From Moniliella sp. 'wahieum' (lineage: Eukaryota): a stretch of 64,000 nt of DNA. The notes below the pieces were generated by a model, which saw only the letters and a program-made list of their open reading frames with translations, was not told the origin of the DNA and searched no databases. The translations under genes and the position numbers were made by a program. Each line of letters starts with the position of its first letter. Position 1 is the stretch's first letter. The DNA lies in assembly GCA_003971905.1 (NCBI GenBank), contig RSEE01000015.1, positions 744,001 to 808,000 of the forward strand, in the 5' to 3' direction. Below are positions 12,124 to 25,421 of this stretch, one piece after another.

Positions 12124-13938
12124 ATGTCCAGCACCGCCTCGTCCGACGACCTGTCCCACGTGCCCCTCTCTCCCCGCGAGGAGGCCGCCTCCACCGTGTC
12201 TTCCGCCACCGAGGCTGACCAGCCCCTCGACCAGCCCGACCCCGCCGCTGGCCTCACCGCCCCCGAGCGCATCGCCGCAGCCCTCAAGGCCAAGGAGGAA
12301 GGCAACCGCGACTTCGTTGCGGCCAGGTACGAGGCAGCCAAGGAGAGCTACTCGCGCGCCATCCATCTCGACCCCAGCGTGGCTGTGTACTTTTCCAACC
12401 GGGCCGCCTGCGAGCTGAAGCTCGAGCAATTTGGCCTGGCGATTGAAGATGCTGGTTCGTTCTCGCCCTTTGTTTCTGACCCCGATAGCATGAGACTAAC
12501 CTTCTTTTGTCTTTCAAGGCACGGCCATCAAGCTCGACTCGACTCTGTCCAAAGCATTCTTCCGCCGTGCAGCCGGCCACCTAGCTCTTCTCAACCCCAA
12601 AGCGGCAGTGGCAGATCTGCGCGAATGCCGTGTGCTGGCGCCGAAGGATGCCAAGGTCAAGGCCACGCTCGACTCGACCAACAAACTGATCAAGAGGCTT
12701 GCGTTTGAAAAGGCCATCAAGAAGGACGACGAGAAGCCCGTGTCGGTAACAGTGGCCGAGTACCTCCTGGCGAACGATGGTTCGGCTGGTACTGCCCTGC
12801 CAGAAAAGTACGATGGCCCCAGAATCGATCCCGCTGGCCCCGATGCGAGCCAAGAGGAGAAAACCACAGGAATCATTACCAAGCGCTTTGTCGAGGAACT
12901 GGTTACCTTTTTCAAAAACGGAGGTCACCTTCCGCTCAAGTACGCATGGCAGATCATCCTGGGTGCCAAGTACCAGTTGGACAAAGAACCCTTTTGGTCG
13001 AGTATGAGATCCCTGAGGGCCAGACGGTGGATGTGGTGGGCGATACACATGGCCAGTTCTATGACTTTGCTCATCTCCTCACCTTGACAGGCACGCCTTC
13101 GCCCGATCACGCCGTGCTATTCAACGGCGACTTTGTCGACCGCGGCTCATGGTCCATCGAGGTGGTGTTGACTATGCTTGCGTACAAGTGGCTTTACCCG
13201 CCACGTGCATGATGAACCGAGGCAACCATGAGGTTGCGGACCTCAACAAGATGTACGGCTTTGAGGGCGAGTGCAAGGCCAAGTATGGAGGGCCGTTGAC
13301 TTTCAACTTGTTTTCGGAACTATTCACCAGTTTGCCTCTAGCTACTCTTCTCTCCCCGCAACCGCCCCTCAATTCGGAAGACTTGCCTGCCCAGGCATCG
13401 CATTCTCTGCTCAGTTGCAGCCTATTCTCACAAAGGAGGTGGAGCCTAGCGGGGAACGGCCTGCTCATGTGGGATGCAAGCGCTACTTTGTCGTCCATGG
13501 CGGGTTGTCAAGCCAGGATGAAGTTTCGCTTGCGGATGTGCGCAACATTGAGCGGCGCAAGAAGACCATGCCGCAAGATGGCCTTATGCATGAATTGCTC
13601 TGGAGCGATCCGCAAATCGCGCCAGGCCGAGGCCCCTCCAAGCGCGGAACGGGGCTCGGATTTGGCCCGGACATTACCCGCGAGTGGTGCGAGTACAACG
13701 GCGTGACGGGCATCCTTCGTTCGCATGAAGTTCGGCAGGGTGGGTTTGCCGAAGAGCACCAAGGGTTGTGCACGACCGTATTTAGTGCACCCAATTATTG
13801 CGACCAGATGGGCAACCAAGGCGCTTTGCCCGATTGATGCCCGCCGCGGGTACCATCCAGTTCACCACGTTTGAAGCACAACCTCATCCTCCCGTCAAGG
13901 CCATGGCCTACGCGTCCCAGATGATGATGTCGATGTAG
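12124..13938 (+). CDS. PPT1: Serine/threonine protein phosphatase 5 (TPR domain + PPP catalytic domain)
   Basis: TPR repeats (KEEGN...YSRAI...YFSNRA...AIEDA) followed by GDTHGQFYD, GDFVDRG, RGNHE, VHGGL, LLWSDP, RSHEV and FSAPNYCD; intron at about 12455-12518; several frameshifts. Confidence 0.95.
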
Positions 13939-16299
13939 CGGAGCCTTGGTTGGTTCGGCTTGGACCCCTGCCGCTTCAATCGTGTTTTGCTTAATGGTAT
14001 TCAAAATATATCTGCATATCAACGCCCCTCCATCGGCTTTGCAGATGATCATGGCTCCCTTCCCGTCGTTAGCCTCAAAGTCGTGCAATACCCGTAAGTG
14101 CCCTCCGAACGACTCGCGGTGGGTGCGCACTCGCCTGGATCGTCCGATGAGAATCTGGCATAGACAGTTAGGCTTTTTGCTCATCAGTAACCAAGCCCAG
14201 CTCGGTCCTCAAACTCGAGGTGGCGAACCAATACACACAGTGCCTTTTCTTTTTGAATCCCTTGAGGGGAAATGACACTGGGGACCGCTCCAGCGAGGGG
14301 CGTTGACACAACTTAAATCGTACAGGGTTCGGGGGTATAATAGAGGTGGTTGCTCCGTCTGTTTGGCTACAGAAAAGACAATAGATATGCCAGAATTACA
14401 TTTGCGCTGACGGGGCCGGAACCTGCACACGAGAAGCACGAAGCGACCGCCATTATGAGATTTGGGGGCATAGTTGGGGTGACAAATGGCCAACAGCGCG
14501 CTTGTAGTGTACGGTGGTACGGAGGTTATAGAACTTGCTGATGGTCCTCACCTTTGTTCCCCTTTGTCCAGAAACACAGGACTCTTACAATGCTACAGTA
14601 GATGCAAAGCGAAATGTCCGGGTAAAAATACCCAGGCAACCCAAAAGCATGTTCTAAGTATAGTAAGTGATGAATATGGTGCATTGTGGCCTCCTCTCTC
14701 GTCAGGACGGTCTCTCCCAGGTGCGTCACATCTCAGGTCATGGTGTGTTGGCGGTGAAGAGAAAGCAAATGGTAGTCGTCATATAGTCGGGTGATGTTTG
14801 CACTAGATAAGTGCCTATTCTCTTCGTCAGGTTACTGTCACACGGCGACGATTAAGTCGCTTTGTACCGCCAACACCTCCACCCCCTTATCGTCGCTCCT
14901 GCTTTTTGGCTTCCTCCTTATCACTATCAAGTTCTCTATCTTTCGCTACCATGAGACTCGGATTCTTGGCCTATCTACACAATCCGCAACAATCGTCTCT
15001 TCTCCGCTCTCGTCTAAAAAAATCCGAAACACTACACATGCTTTCGACTCGATTTCTCCCTAGTTTCTCGTCTCGGGTTCGCTTTGCCCTTGACCCTCAC
15101 CTGGTCTCTCTCGTGCCTCTCGTGCTTGGTCCTCACTTCTTTCCCTTGATTCGTTTCTCCTCTCCTCTCCGCTGTAGACCTGTTGGTCTTTCTTTTGTTC
15201 CCTTTCTCTTATATAAAACCCGCCTGTTCTTAGATCCAATTGTGTTGGCCCAAGCCGCCCATCATTCTCTTTTCCCTCACCCTTCTTCTAGTCGAACTCC
15301 ACTTTAACAGAACCATCTTTCCGATCTGCTCGTTTGCCTCCCTCGCCCATCGAAGCTCCCCGATTTCTCGTCTCGCCCTTAAAGTGCAATCTCCCCTGCG
15401 GACGCCACCTGGCTCTCCCCGCCGAACGCATGGCACTACTCGCGACCCTCCTATGTCCACGCTAGTATTCGTTGTACTTTGGACGTTGAGTCCTCCGTGA
15501 GTCCGGTCTCCGACGTGCAGGGAAGGCGCCCAAGGGAAGCCAGCAACCCCGTTACACTTTCTCCCTATATCATGAGAGAGGAGCGTTGGGGCGGAGGGAG
15601 CAATGAATGGGAGTTGTGTTGCCAATACACAGACCGATTTGGAAGCTGCTCACCAACGTTGTGTGAGCACCGTAAGGGTAAACCGTCCATGAAAGTCTGT
15701 GGTCGATATACTATTCTCTTCCTCCCTCACACACACCATCACCACACACACGGGGGCTCGCTCGCTGCTTCACAGCTGTGGAGATGCTGGGTTTCGACAA
15801 GAACCTGTGTCGCAAAAGGTGTGGTTAGTTATAGGTTTCCCCAGTCAGCTTTGACCTATTATATACTCACTAACGGATTTCTTCTTTTGTGGCAACACTA
15901 TCTGTATAATACGTGCCCCAGCGCCAGCTGTATCCCTCTCCCTGCTTGATTTATACTCGATACTCCTTCTCAATCTTACCCGTGCATTCTCCGCTGTGCC
16001 TGTATAGTACTAGTCTAGTAGTAGTAGAGACTGGGGTGTCTTTCTCGTTTGCATTCGGCTTGTGCGACGCTATTTTATACAACACACTTGTCACTGCTCA
16101 GCATGGAACAGGTCGCGGACGCCTGTGGACGCTCGTCCGCTTGGCACAAAAATGTGATGGGAGTAGGTCCTGTCGAGGCGAGAGAACGGTGTATAGCGTG
16201 AAAAATGCCAACGGGTTCTTATAGCATACACATGTCAAAGTAGGGTGCGCGCTGTGCAGGTTTCCACACGTTAGGGGCCGGGCCGGATGTGGGCTCAGG

Positions 16300-16740
16300 T
16301 GCGGAAGCTCAGCGGCTCAGCGTTTAACGTTTAACGTGCTCACTCAGCGTACTCAGCCTGAGTGCTCAGCCTGAGTCGTGAGGCCCAGCCTGATAGAGCG
16401 TCTGAGATACAGCAGATACAGCGCGATATATATCAAGCCCTTCTTAAGTTTGAAGGCCTAAGGCCTAGTAAGGCTTAGCTTAGAGCTTAGAGCTTAGATG
16501 CTTGGACCTACTTGAAGCTTGAAGCTTCAAGCTTCAAGCGCTTGAGTCTTACCTCTTACCGGTTACATTCTGAACGTGACGCGTGAACGCGCGACCCGCG
16601 TAGTGACCGGTGGCTGTGGAGCTGCATCCTGGTCTTAAGAAAGGGCCTGAGGCCTTTTGGCTAACGCGCTAACGTTCAACACGTTCAACGTCCTCAACGT
16701 TCAACGTCCTCAACGGGCTCAACGAGCGTTGCTCCGTCAG
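16300..16740. repeat. Cluster of short tandem and palindromic repeats (CTCAG/CTGAG, AGCTTAG, TGAAGCT, AACGTTC)
   Basis: Includes the perfect 28-bp palindrome cttgaagcttgaagcttcaagcttcaag at 16511-16538. Confidence 0.75.
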
Positions 16741-18529
16741 CGCGTCAGCTCCGCCCTGCTCCTTCCCGCGCGGGCGGCACAGACCGAGTTCAGTGAGCTT
16801 TCAGTACGTTCAGCTGAACGTAAAGTGGCTCAGCGCTGAGAAGCGGGAGGGACTACGTTTAGGCATAGACCCTAGGTTATCGGTTAGGCGTTATGTGGTT
16901 ACATAATGCATAATGGCTGATGCGCTGATGGTTAATGGTAGGGAGGGCTGCAGGGGAGGTGTGTGGGATGCAAGCTTCCGCAGGCTGCGGCGTTGCTACG
17001 GCCGATCTCCTTGGGCCATCAAGCGCGGAGCGCTTCAACCTTCCCGCTCGCGCCATGTCGCCCAGACTGCCAGTCGGACCATCATGCATGCGTTCAGCGA
17101 GTACGAGTGTACTCAACGTTTCAACACACTGAGTACTGAGATCAGTTGCGCTCGATCACTGAGACTCAGTACTCAGTACGCACTGCACCAGTGCTGATTG
17201 CGGCAGGTGCATCAATTCATCATGCTAGGCTGCGACTCGCATTGGCGGCAGACCAGTGTTGAATCAGGAATCATGCGCATGCGTCATGCATCATTAGTCC
17301 GCTTTCGCCAATGTCGTCCTGGTTACCGGATACTGGTAACCGATTACCGGTGAGCGACGGGTGAGCTGGTGTGCCCTCGCGCTGCGCTGCACGGGGTTGC
17401 ACGTTGCACCTGCGGCCTGTGGTGTGGCTGGCTGGGCGTGGTCGGTGCATCCTGATGCATGATGCATGAACTATCATATCTCTGGCCCGAGCAAGCCTTC
17501 CACGGGCGCTGCAGCGCGGCACTGCTGGAGCGAAAGGAGTGGTGTGAAATAGTACGCTCTGCAGCAGTCTCCTCCTCGGTTTCGGGCGCGCTCCTGCTGG
17601 GCACGCCAGCGCACGCAGCACGCCGCGCCCATTCCCATTCCGCTCCGCCAGTGGTCCGTCCTGGCCCGTCCTGCTGCGAGCGCACTCGCGCCCCTGTGCA
17701 CTCGTCGGCACCTGTTCACACACACCCAGTCTACATATGCAGGCAAAAACGCCATCGCATGTCGACTCTCTCGCACCCCAGCACCCTGGTCCACCCTGCT
17801 TCACCCATGACATTTCACCGGCCCACGCCCGGGCAGCAGCCCAGTGCGGGCCGATAGCCTCAGCCGAACCCTGTTCCAATCACAGTATGGCTGGCTTGGC
17901 TTTGCTGGGCGCATACTGCATTAGGCCGCGCCGACGCAGGCTGCCTCCGCCGATAGCCGGGGCCTAGACAGGCCTAGACCCTAAGCCCAAGCGGCAGGTA
18001 CGCGGCAAGCCTAATTAATCCTTGGCTTGCGTCTGGCTGAGATCTGGGATCTGACTGACAGTCGGCTTCCCCGCTAGTAGCTTTGCTTCCGCCTCGTCCG
18101 CCATCGGCAGCCCCTGCGGTGTCTTCTCCTGGCTACCTGCGTTCTCAGCCACCACCACCCCCCCTCCTTCGCACAACCACCCTCTCTCTCTCCTCCGCCG
18201 CGCGCTGAGTCTCTCCCGAGCGCTATCTCTGCCCCTGCCGTTCCTCCTGGCTGTTGCAGTCTCCCGCTCGCGATGCTGTCCCACCACCACTACTCCATGC
18301 CAGCTCCCTTCCTCCTGGCGCTCCGCCTCCTGCCACCCGAGCCGTCACAGTCCCTGCCCGCCGTGCCCGCCGCCGCCACTGACTTTGCGCCCCAGCCCAG
18401 CCCCAGCCCCAGCCCCGCGCTACCGGTGCCACCTTGGAAACTTCGCCCCCGTCACCCTCTGCCAACAGTCTTTTGTTTGGCTATAATACCGCCCTGGAAT
18501 CCCTTACCATTCCTCCTTCCAGCCCGCGG

Positions 18530-19967
18530 ATGAGTGCACCCCCCGCACCACCTCCGCAACCTTTGCCTGCATCCGCATCCGGCCCAAGGACCATCACATC
18601 CCCTGCACGCGACATGTTTGCAGCTCTCCCCTCAGCTCGCCCGGGGTCGGCGGGCCACGGTGCCTCCCCGGCCTGACGTGGCAGGACGCCGACTCTCGTG
18701 GTGTGCCCTCCGGTCCTGCTGCCCTTGCTGCTTTGGCCCCTCGCACGGCAGAGTACCGCCCTCTCAACCACCTCCCAACGGCCTTCGACCGCGCCAGTCC
18801 CTGCGCCAGCTCCCGCGCATTCCGATCCCTCTGAGCCAGTATGGACGACAACCCGGGCGAGCTGTGCGGGGCGATGGGGACCGGAAGACACGGTTTGTGT
18901 TCAAGTTGCATCGAATGGTTGAAGACCCGGACTGCCAAGATACCATTCTTGAGCCCTGCGGGCAACAGTGTGATCATCTCCGATGTGGACGCGTTCTGTG
19001 CTAGGGTATTGGGCAAACACTTTAAGCACAACAACTTCAGCTCCTTCATTCGTCAACTTAACATGTACGTCTCCTGATCAACTGCTCGGCTAGTTTGGTC
19101 TTGGTGGGTGGGTGCTGACTCGATGATGTCTCTCAGGTATGGGTTCTACAAAGTCAACAAATCCCATCGCGCTGCACGCGCTTCCGGCCAGCCGCAGACG
19201 TGGGAGTTTAGCCATGCCTCCTTTCGCCGTGGGCGCACGGACTTGCTGGAAACAATTCGACGACGGACACTGGATACGGAGAGCGTGAGGTACGAGGCGA
19301 CAGAGACCTTCAAAACGACATTAGCGTCTCCTATGCTCATGTCCAATCTCAATTGTCGAGCATGTCCGAGGCGCTAGCGGCAAGTCAGGCGGAAACCGCG
19401 GCGCTGTGGTCTTTTGTCTCGCAACTGCGTACGACTCTGTCTCAAGTGGTGGAACATACGAATCTGGCCAATGTGGTTCCTGTACCTGCTCTGCCCGCTT
19501 ATCGTGCCTCCTCGACTTTGGACCAACACTTTCCCTCCTCCGAGCCACCCCCAATCTTTGCGCATGCTCTTCCCCCCTTGGCCTCGGGTCCCCAGCCCAC
19601 GCACAATCCAGCCATGGTGGCCCTTCAACGACCCGTTACTGCCCCGAGCATATCCCAGACCATGTCTAGCGGGAGCAGCGGTATGCTCTTCAACCGCCCG
19701 GCGGGCCTTCCACCACACCAAGCGCCCTCATTTATGTACCGTCCTTCTTCTATGGAACCCGAAAACCTATTCCCTTCTCAACCATTTTCCGTCCCATCGG
19801 ATCAGCGACCCCCGTGTCCCCGTCGCGATGCAACCACCCTCTCAAGCCAACCACTATGCCAACCTCCAACTTACCGGGGCGCCCGGCCCGCAGGCCAACA
19901 ACCCCCGTTGAAGCGAAGGGCGGTTGAGGCGGACATTGGTCCCACGTTGGGCTTTCCTCTTCCTTAG
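18530..19967 (+). CDS. HSF-type DNA-binding transcription factor; ends approximate
   Basis: TRFVFKLHRMVED...AFCARVLGKHFKHNNFSSFIRQLNM|YGFYKV...WEFSHASFRRGRTDLLETIRRR is an HSF DNA-binding domain, with an intron at 19065-19136. A short coiled-coil and a Pro/Ser-rich tail follow. Confidence 0.88.
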
Positions 19968-21194
19968 CGGAGAAGCTCAGTTCACTTTTGCTTTCCACTT
20001 TCTTTTCTCGGCTCCTTCTCAAGTGCATAGCTGCGCCCCCGACTTGGGCTTTAACCTACCCAAGAACGGGGGCGTTGGCCCGAAATTGAACGGGTCTGCA
20101 TCATCGATCATCTTTCTTTGTCTGCTGGTGTCATTCGAGTCATCCTTTCTTCTGCGCTTGCCCCCCCCCCCCCCCCTTCGACGCAGGTGCAGGCCATCAT
20201 ACCCCTTCCTTCTCCTTGGCACGCTGTCTGCGCTCTGCGCCATCCCATCTGCTTCGCCCGTCACATGCGTCACATCTCTTGCAGCAGTTTGTGCAGCTGG
20301 ATGGGAACCGCGTCGGTTGTCCTGAGCCAAACTGAGGTTGCATTGCGTCCTGGGGTGCCCCAACTTGAGCGCCTGAGCTCAGGTCGCCGGAGGGATGCTT
20401 GTGGCCCGCTGCTCTGTACTACATGGAATGCTATATCCCTTGGTGTCTGGTATGGGGTTCAACTGTAGTAGTAGCTGTAGCAAGTGGCTTCTAGTGACCG
20501 GCCTGAACGCCTGACCGGGGCCGAAGAAGGCTATGGAAATCACCACCCTAATAAACCGAATGGCTGCTTCCTCTCGATACCCATGTCATGCATCATGCAT
20601 GTGAGAGTGACTCATCGACTAACTGCATGGACGCCAGTTACTTTTGGCAGGAAACGGGAGGACACATGCCAACTAGCATCCGTCTGACGGGTGACGGCGT
20701 GACGCCGAGCCGGCCTGACGCGCGGACGCGCTGACGGGTCCGAATAGCAAATCTCCGAGCTGAGGCGCTCAGGCGCTGCGGCGCTGAGGCGCTGACATGC
20801 TGACAACGCAAGGCGCCCTCGATCTGAGATCTTTGATATTCGCTGGCACACTGCCTCCAGCCTGGCGCCCAGCCGCGTTCAAGCGTGACTTACATCACGC
20901 TTCACGAGTTTCGCGCTTTGCGGCTCAGCGGCTCAGCGCTGCTTCAATATGCAATACCTCATCGCCTCATCGCCTCATCGACCACCGATGGTCATGCATC
21001 ATGACGGTCATGCATCTGCATCACGATGCCTGGTCGATCGTTGGCGCGTTGGCATCCACACGGCCATACCGATCTCCGCCATTGGTACATTGGTAGTGGT
21101 GCCCTTCTCCATGCCACTACCACACCACAACGCGCGCGTACGCGGATACGCGACACGTCGCTACGTCACCGCGTCCCTGTGGAGGTCGTACCCC

Positions 21195-21635
21195 TTGTCA
21201 CATGTCACATGTCACATGTGACATGTGATGGGCGCATGTCACGCACGTGATACGTGAACCTGCCACATGCCACATGCCAGAACGCGGCGATGCAAGTGAC
21301 TAACTAATGACTAAGGACTTGAATTGGTGACTGCAAAAAGCAGCGACTGCAAGCGAGAGCGCGTGAAAAGTACATGGGAAGCATGTGACATGTGATATGT
21401 GACATGTGAAGCTAGGTTGAAAACTTGAAGCTGGTAGCTTGTTGCGCCTAGTAGCTTGAACAAGCTTGATCGTCTTACATCTTAACTCTTAGATCTTAAC
21501 GCTTAACGTTAAGCTCTTAACGGCTTGACCTTGAAGCTAGTGAAGCTGTGAAGCTGTGAAGCTGTGAAGCTTGAAGCTTGAAGCTTGAAGCTTTTGAAGC
21601 TTGAAGACCTAGTTGAAGTACTTGAAGCTTGAAGG
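21195..21635. repeat. Heptamer arrays (CACATGT/ACATGTG)n and (TGAAGCT)n
   Basis: gtcacatgtcacatgtcacatgtgacatgtga at 21197-21228; tgaagctgtgaagctgtgaagctgtgaagcttgaagcttgaagcttgaagctt at about 21541-21595. Confidence 0.85.
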
Positions 21636-24600
21636 CTGCCGGCCGATGTGGATGACCTCGATGACCAGTCGGTGCCCTCCCCTCTACTTTCGGTAGCCTC
21701 TGTTGCGATATAGCCTGGTCTCTCCTCTCTCCTCTGGGGAATCGGAGTCTTACGTGAGCCCCCACTCCTCACGCCTAGTTTAACGGAAGGCCAAGCTTCA
21801 AAAGCGTCAAAAATACCCCCAATAACCTCAGAGAGCTGTTATAACCTCGATCCGCGTATAGCATGTTTCCTGATATGAAGTGCCATGCAGATAGAGATGG
21901 GTAGCAGTATAGTAGTGCAATAATGCATAACCGGTAACCAACCACCCTCCATTGAGACTCAGTAGTTAATTCCTTCCGGTTCCCCACCATCTTGCCCGCT
22001 CTCTCTCTTTGTTGGTGGCCTATAGTATCCTCGCTTCGTCAAAACCAAAGTGAAAACGGTTCTTGGGTGCGTCCCTGTGGTATGTTATACTGTAAAAATC
22101 GATGGGCACGCAGGCGCATCATCAAAGCATCCGCAGAAGCATCCGTGTGGACACAGAATATATATCAAAAGGGCGATGAAAAAGAGCACGAGGGAGTGCG
22201 AAAAGAGCAAAGACCCAGACAGGGTTTCAGCCTTAATACAAGACATACATTGCCGTACGTGTTGGTGGTGTGCACGCCGTGAGGATGTTGAAGCGTGGAA
22301 ATTGGAGGATTCAAACAGGTCTTGGCCACATGGTGTAATACTGAATGCTGTCAAGGGCAAGTCCCAACCTGAGGGGGGGCTCTAGCAGAATTCCGGAGTA
22401 AAGTCCCTTGGAGGTCGGAAGGGTCGACTGACCCGGATGATCGTACATTTGTGGGTTTGTTGGTGGTTCCAAGCGGGGTCAGGGATAAGAAGACACCTTT
22501 CTTATCAGCGTATAGAAGAAGCGGCTGTTTCTGTAGCAAAGCTTCTCGTATAGGCAACGGCAGTTGGACACTGTGCCAGTTACATGTCTGAAACCCTTGG
22601 GACTCGGGTTGAGGAAGAGGAGGCGGAGGAGAACAAACACTGTTCTGTGGCTAAGATCAGAGCGGGAGCGGGGACTGAAGCATGGATTGAACGATCTGGG
22701 GAGTCTAATAGGGATTGGGGAGAGCTGCACTACGGAGGGCCGAGAACTTGGCGCTGATAAACCGGACCTGAGAGAGGGGAACCTCTGAGAAGAGAAACGG
22801 TGGAGAGCAGAAGGGAACCTGCAAGAGCGGTTAAGAAAAAGTTGCCTCTCTATACAGTATGCATTTACAAAGCCTGGTGAGGCACCACAACCACATTATT
22901 GCATAATACAGGCAGAGGCAAAGTGGAAACAGTGCAATAGAGGGGGAGAAAGGAAAAAGCTAGGGATCGGGAAGCAGTCGCAACCACTAGGGAGACTGTT
23001 ATCCGACGGCAAACAAGAAAACAAACGGACAGCTGCGCTCCGTCCCATCGGGGAGACAAATGTGGGAAAGGAAAGAAAATATAAACGAGCAAGGTGCGAC
23101 TGTCTCGTCGCCCTGGACCTGTGTATAGTCGACGACTATCATTTAGACATCCCACACAAGATATTGGGGTTGAGAGAGCGAGCTCGGTTTGGTTCCCGGA
23201 CTGGGAAGGGGTACTAGCCTGCTGGTCGGCCACTGTTCGGAGGGAGAGGAAAAAACAAGGACGACGTGTAGGCCCACAAAAGCGGACATGTGGTCCCGTC
23301 TTCGTCCGTGACAGGTACGAACACCTCATATATCCTCGTCAAGTTCGAGAAGAGGCATGAAACCCCACCTTTGGGATACCCATTCCATATAGGCATGCAA
23401 AAGAACGGCACCGTTACATTGCGATTCTGTAGTTTTTTGACCATGTATATAGTTCCTATCCAGAGAGGCGGACTGGAAAGACCAGAGAAGGAAAACTAAA
23501 CCCGATGAGCATATAGGCTGCCCACACAGCAACCTTTCTTCTCGGTTGCTTACCTCCCGCCACGCCACCGCCTTTTCGCAATTCGACGGTTGTGAAGGAA
23601 GAAGGGGAAAAGTGGCGAGGGGATATGATCAAGGATACGAACTAGACGGTGGTGTGGTGCGAGAGACTATATATAGAAGCTTATTTACATGTACATATAT
23701 CCCAGAAGCAGGTATAGATCTTTGTGGGACGAGGGAGGGGTACAATCGGGTAGGAGTGGTACATGAAAGTAGAGGTCCACAGAACTCTGGAACGCCAAGG
23801 GAAAAGGAGCAGCATTGGCTTCCCGAAAGAAGGTCAAGAATCACTGAAGGAGACCGTCCCAAGACCCCTCATTCCTCCCGACAATGAAAACCTCACGAGG
23901 GTATCTTACTCCGGGTACTCTTTGTGTCATCAAAACTTCTGTGTTCATAGCTTTTTTGTAACGCTTATAGATAAAAGACAGGAACAACAACAAAGAAACG
24001 CTGCGCCTGCGAGGCTCACAGATCACATTACTGGCGTGTGCTGCTTGTGCCAACCCAAGCAAACGAAGAGGCTAATGGTGTTGGCAGCGGGCTTTGACCC
24101 TATGACTCCCGCCGCTCGCTTCCAAAGTGGATGTAGCGCAAATGGATACGAATTAGCGCGGGTGACAAGCAGTGAGCCTCGATGAACCGTCTCCACATCG
24201 AGACTCCTGAGTAAATTCCTTCCAGGACTCACACTTTTGTCTGTTGGGAAACTTATGTGTTGGCATAACTATTAATACCCGGGGTCGTCATAACAAACAT
24301 AGGGAAGAATGGTGTATAGCCTCGAATGCGCAGCGCTTCAATAGAGTAATACGTTTTAGTCCCCCTTGACCCCCCGAAAGGAAGTGTCGCGCTTGTTCCC
24401 CTTCCCCCCCACTTATAGGCGACAAAAACCTGTAATACGTTGCTCCATCCATACTGGCACCTCGCTCCGTCGCTTCCAACCCAGACGCCTTGTTTGGAGA
24501 CGGTGGATGCATGTGGTGCCCTCCCACTCAAGTTTGGGCTTTTTCGGATGATGGGAACTTAAGGAGAAAAAAGGGTGTCCTGTTGGCAGAAGGAGGGTGT

Positions 24601-25421
24601 ATAGGGAGACCCACTTGCTCCATTCGTTTCCTTTTCCAAGTTGCAGTGCAGCCGGCTTTGAAGAAGTTTGACCCCTTGTGGATACTGGGCGTGCCTCGAC
24701 GACAAGGGAAAAGGAAATGGCCCGTGTGTAGAGGTGTTAATCTAAATGAGGAAGGCACATGTGGCGGGCCTCTGTGGCCCTCAACTTGCGCAAGTATGTT
24801 TTGAACACAGAGGACCGGGACTTGATTAGGGAGGAGGGGTGCCCAAAAAGACTTGGGCACCTGCATGGGGAATATGGCGATTTTGTTGCCAGGAATGTGT
24901 AGCTCTGGTATTATACAAAAAGGTGCGCCAGCTGTGCTGGAGAGAGACATTATGTGTGTCCACCACTGCACACAGAAACACACAACAGTTTGACAGCATT
25001 ATCTTTCGACGCCTTCTACTGTCTTACGGTACATTACTGAGTCCAAGATTTGCCGCCTGCTGCGCTTCCATGCGGTGAGAGGCGAGCCGGACGATCTTCG
25101 TCCTTGGCTTGAGCACTGGAAATGCTGTGAGAGTTGTGAAGTGATGAAAAGAAGCATAGATAAAAAAAAGTCAATCAACGCGATCAGAACTCGACAAGAG
25201 GAGCACGGGGAAATATTAATGAACCCTTGTCGCGTTTCAATTTTGACGCGTGACGCGTGACGACCAAGTTAAGTTCATGCGATAGCACCGGAAAGCCGGA
25301 CCGGCTTCCGTCCTTGGTTTCGTTCAGTCCACAGAGCCGGTCGCCTAGATCTTGGACTTCGAAGCTTCACTTCAACCATCAACATCCTTCTTCCTCTGCA
25401 CAGCTACTTCACACCCACACT

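Noticed and set aside
21541..21635. TGAAGCT arrays as canonical heat-shock elements
   Set aside because: The period is 7-8 bp in direct orientation, whereas HSEs are alternating inverted 5-bp nGAAn units.
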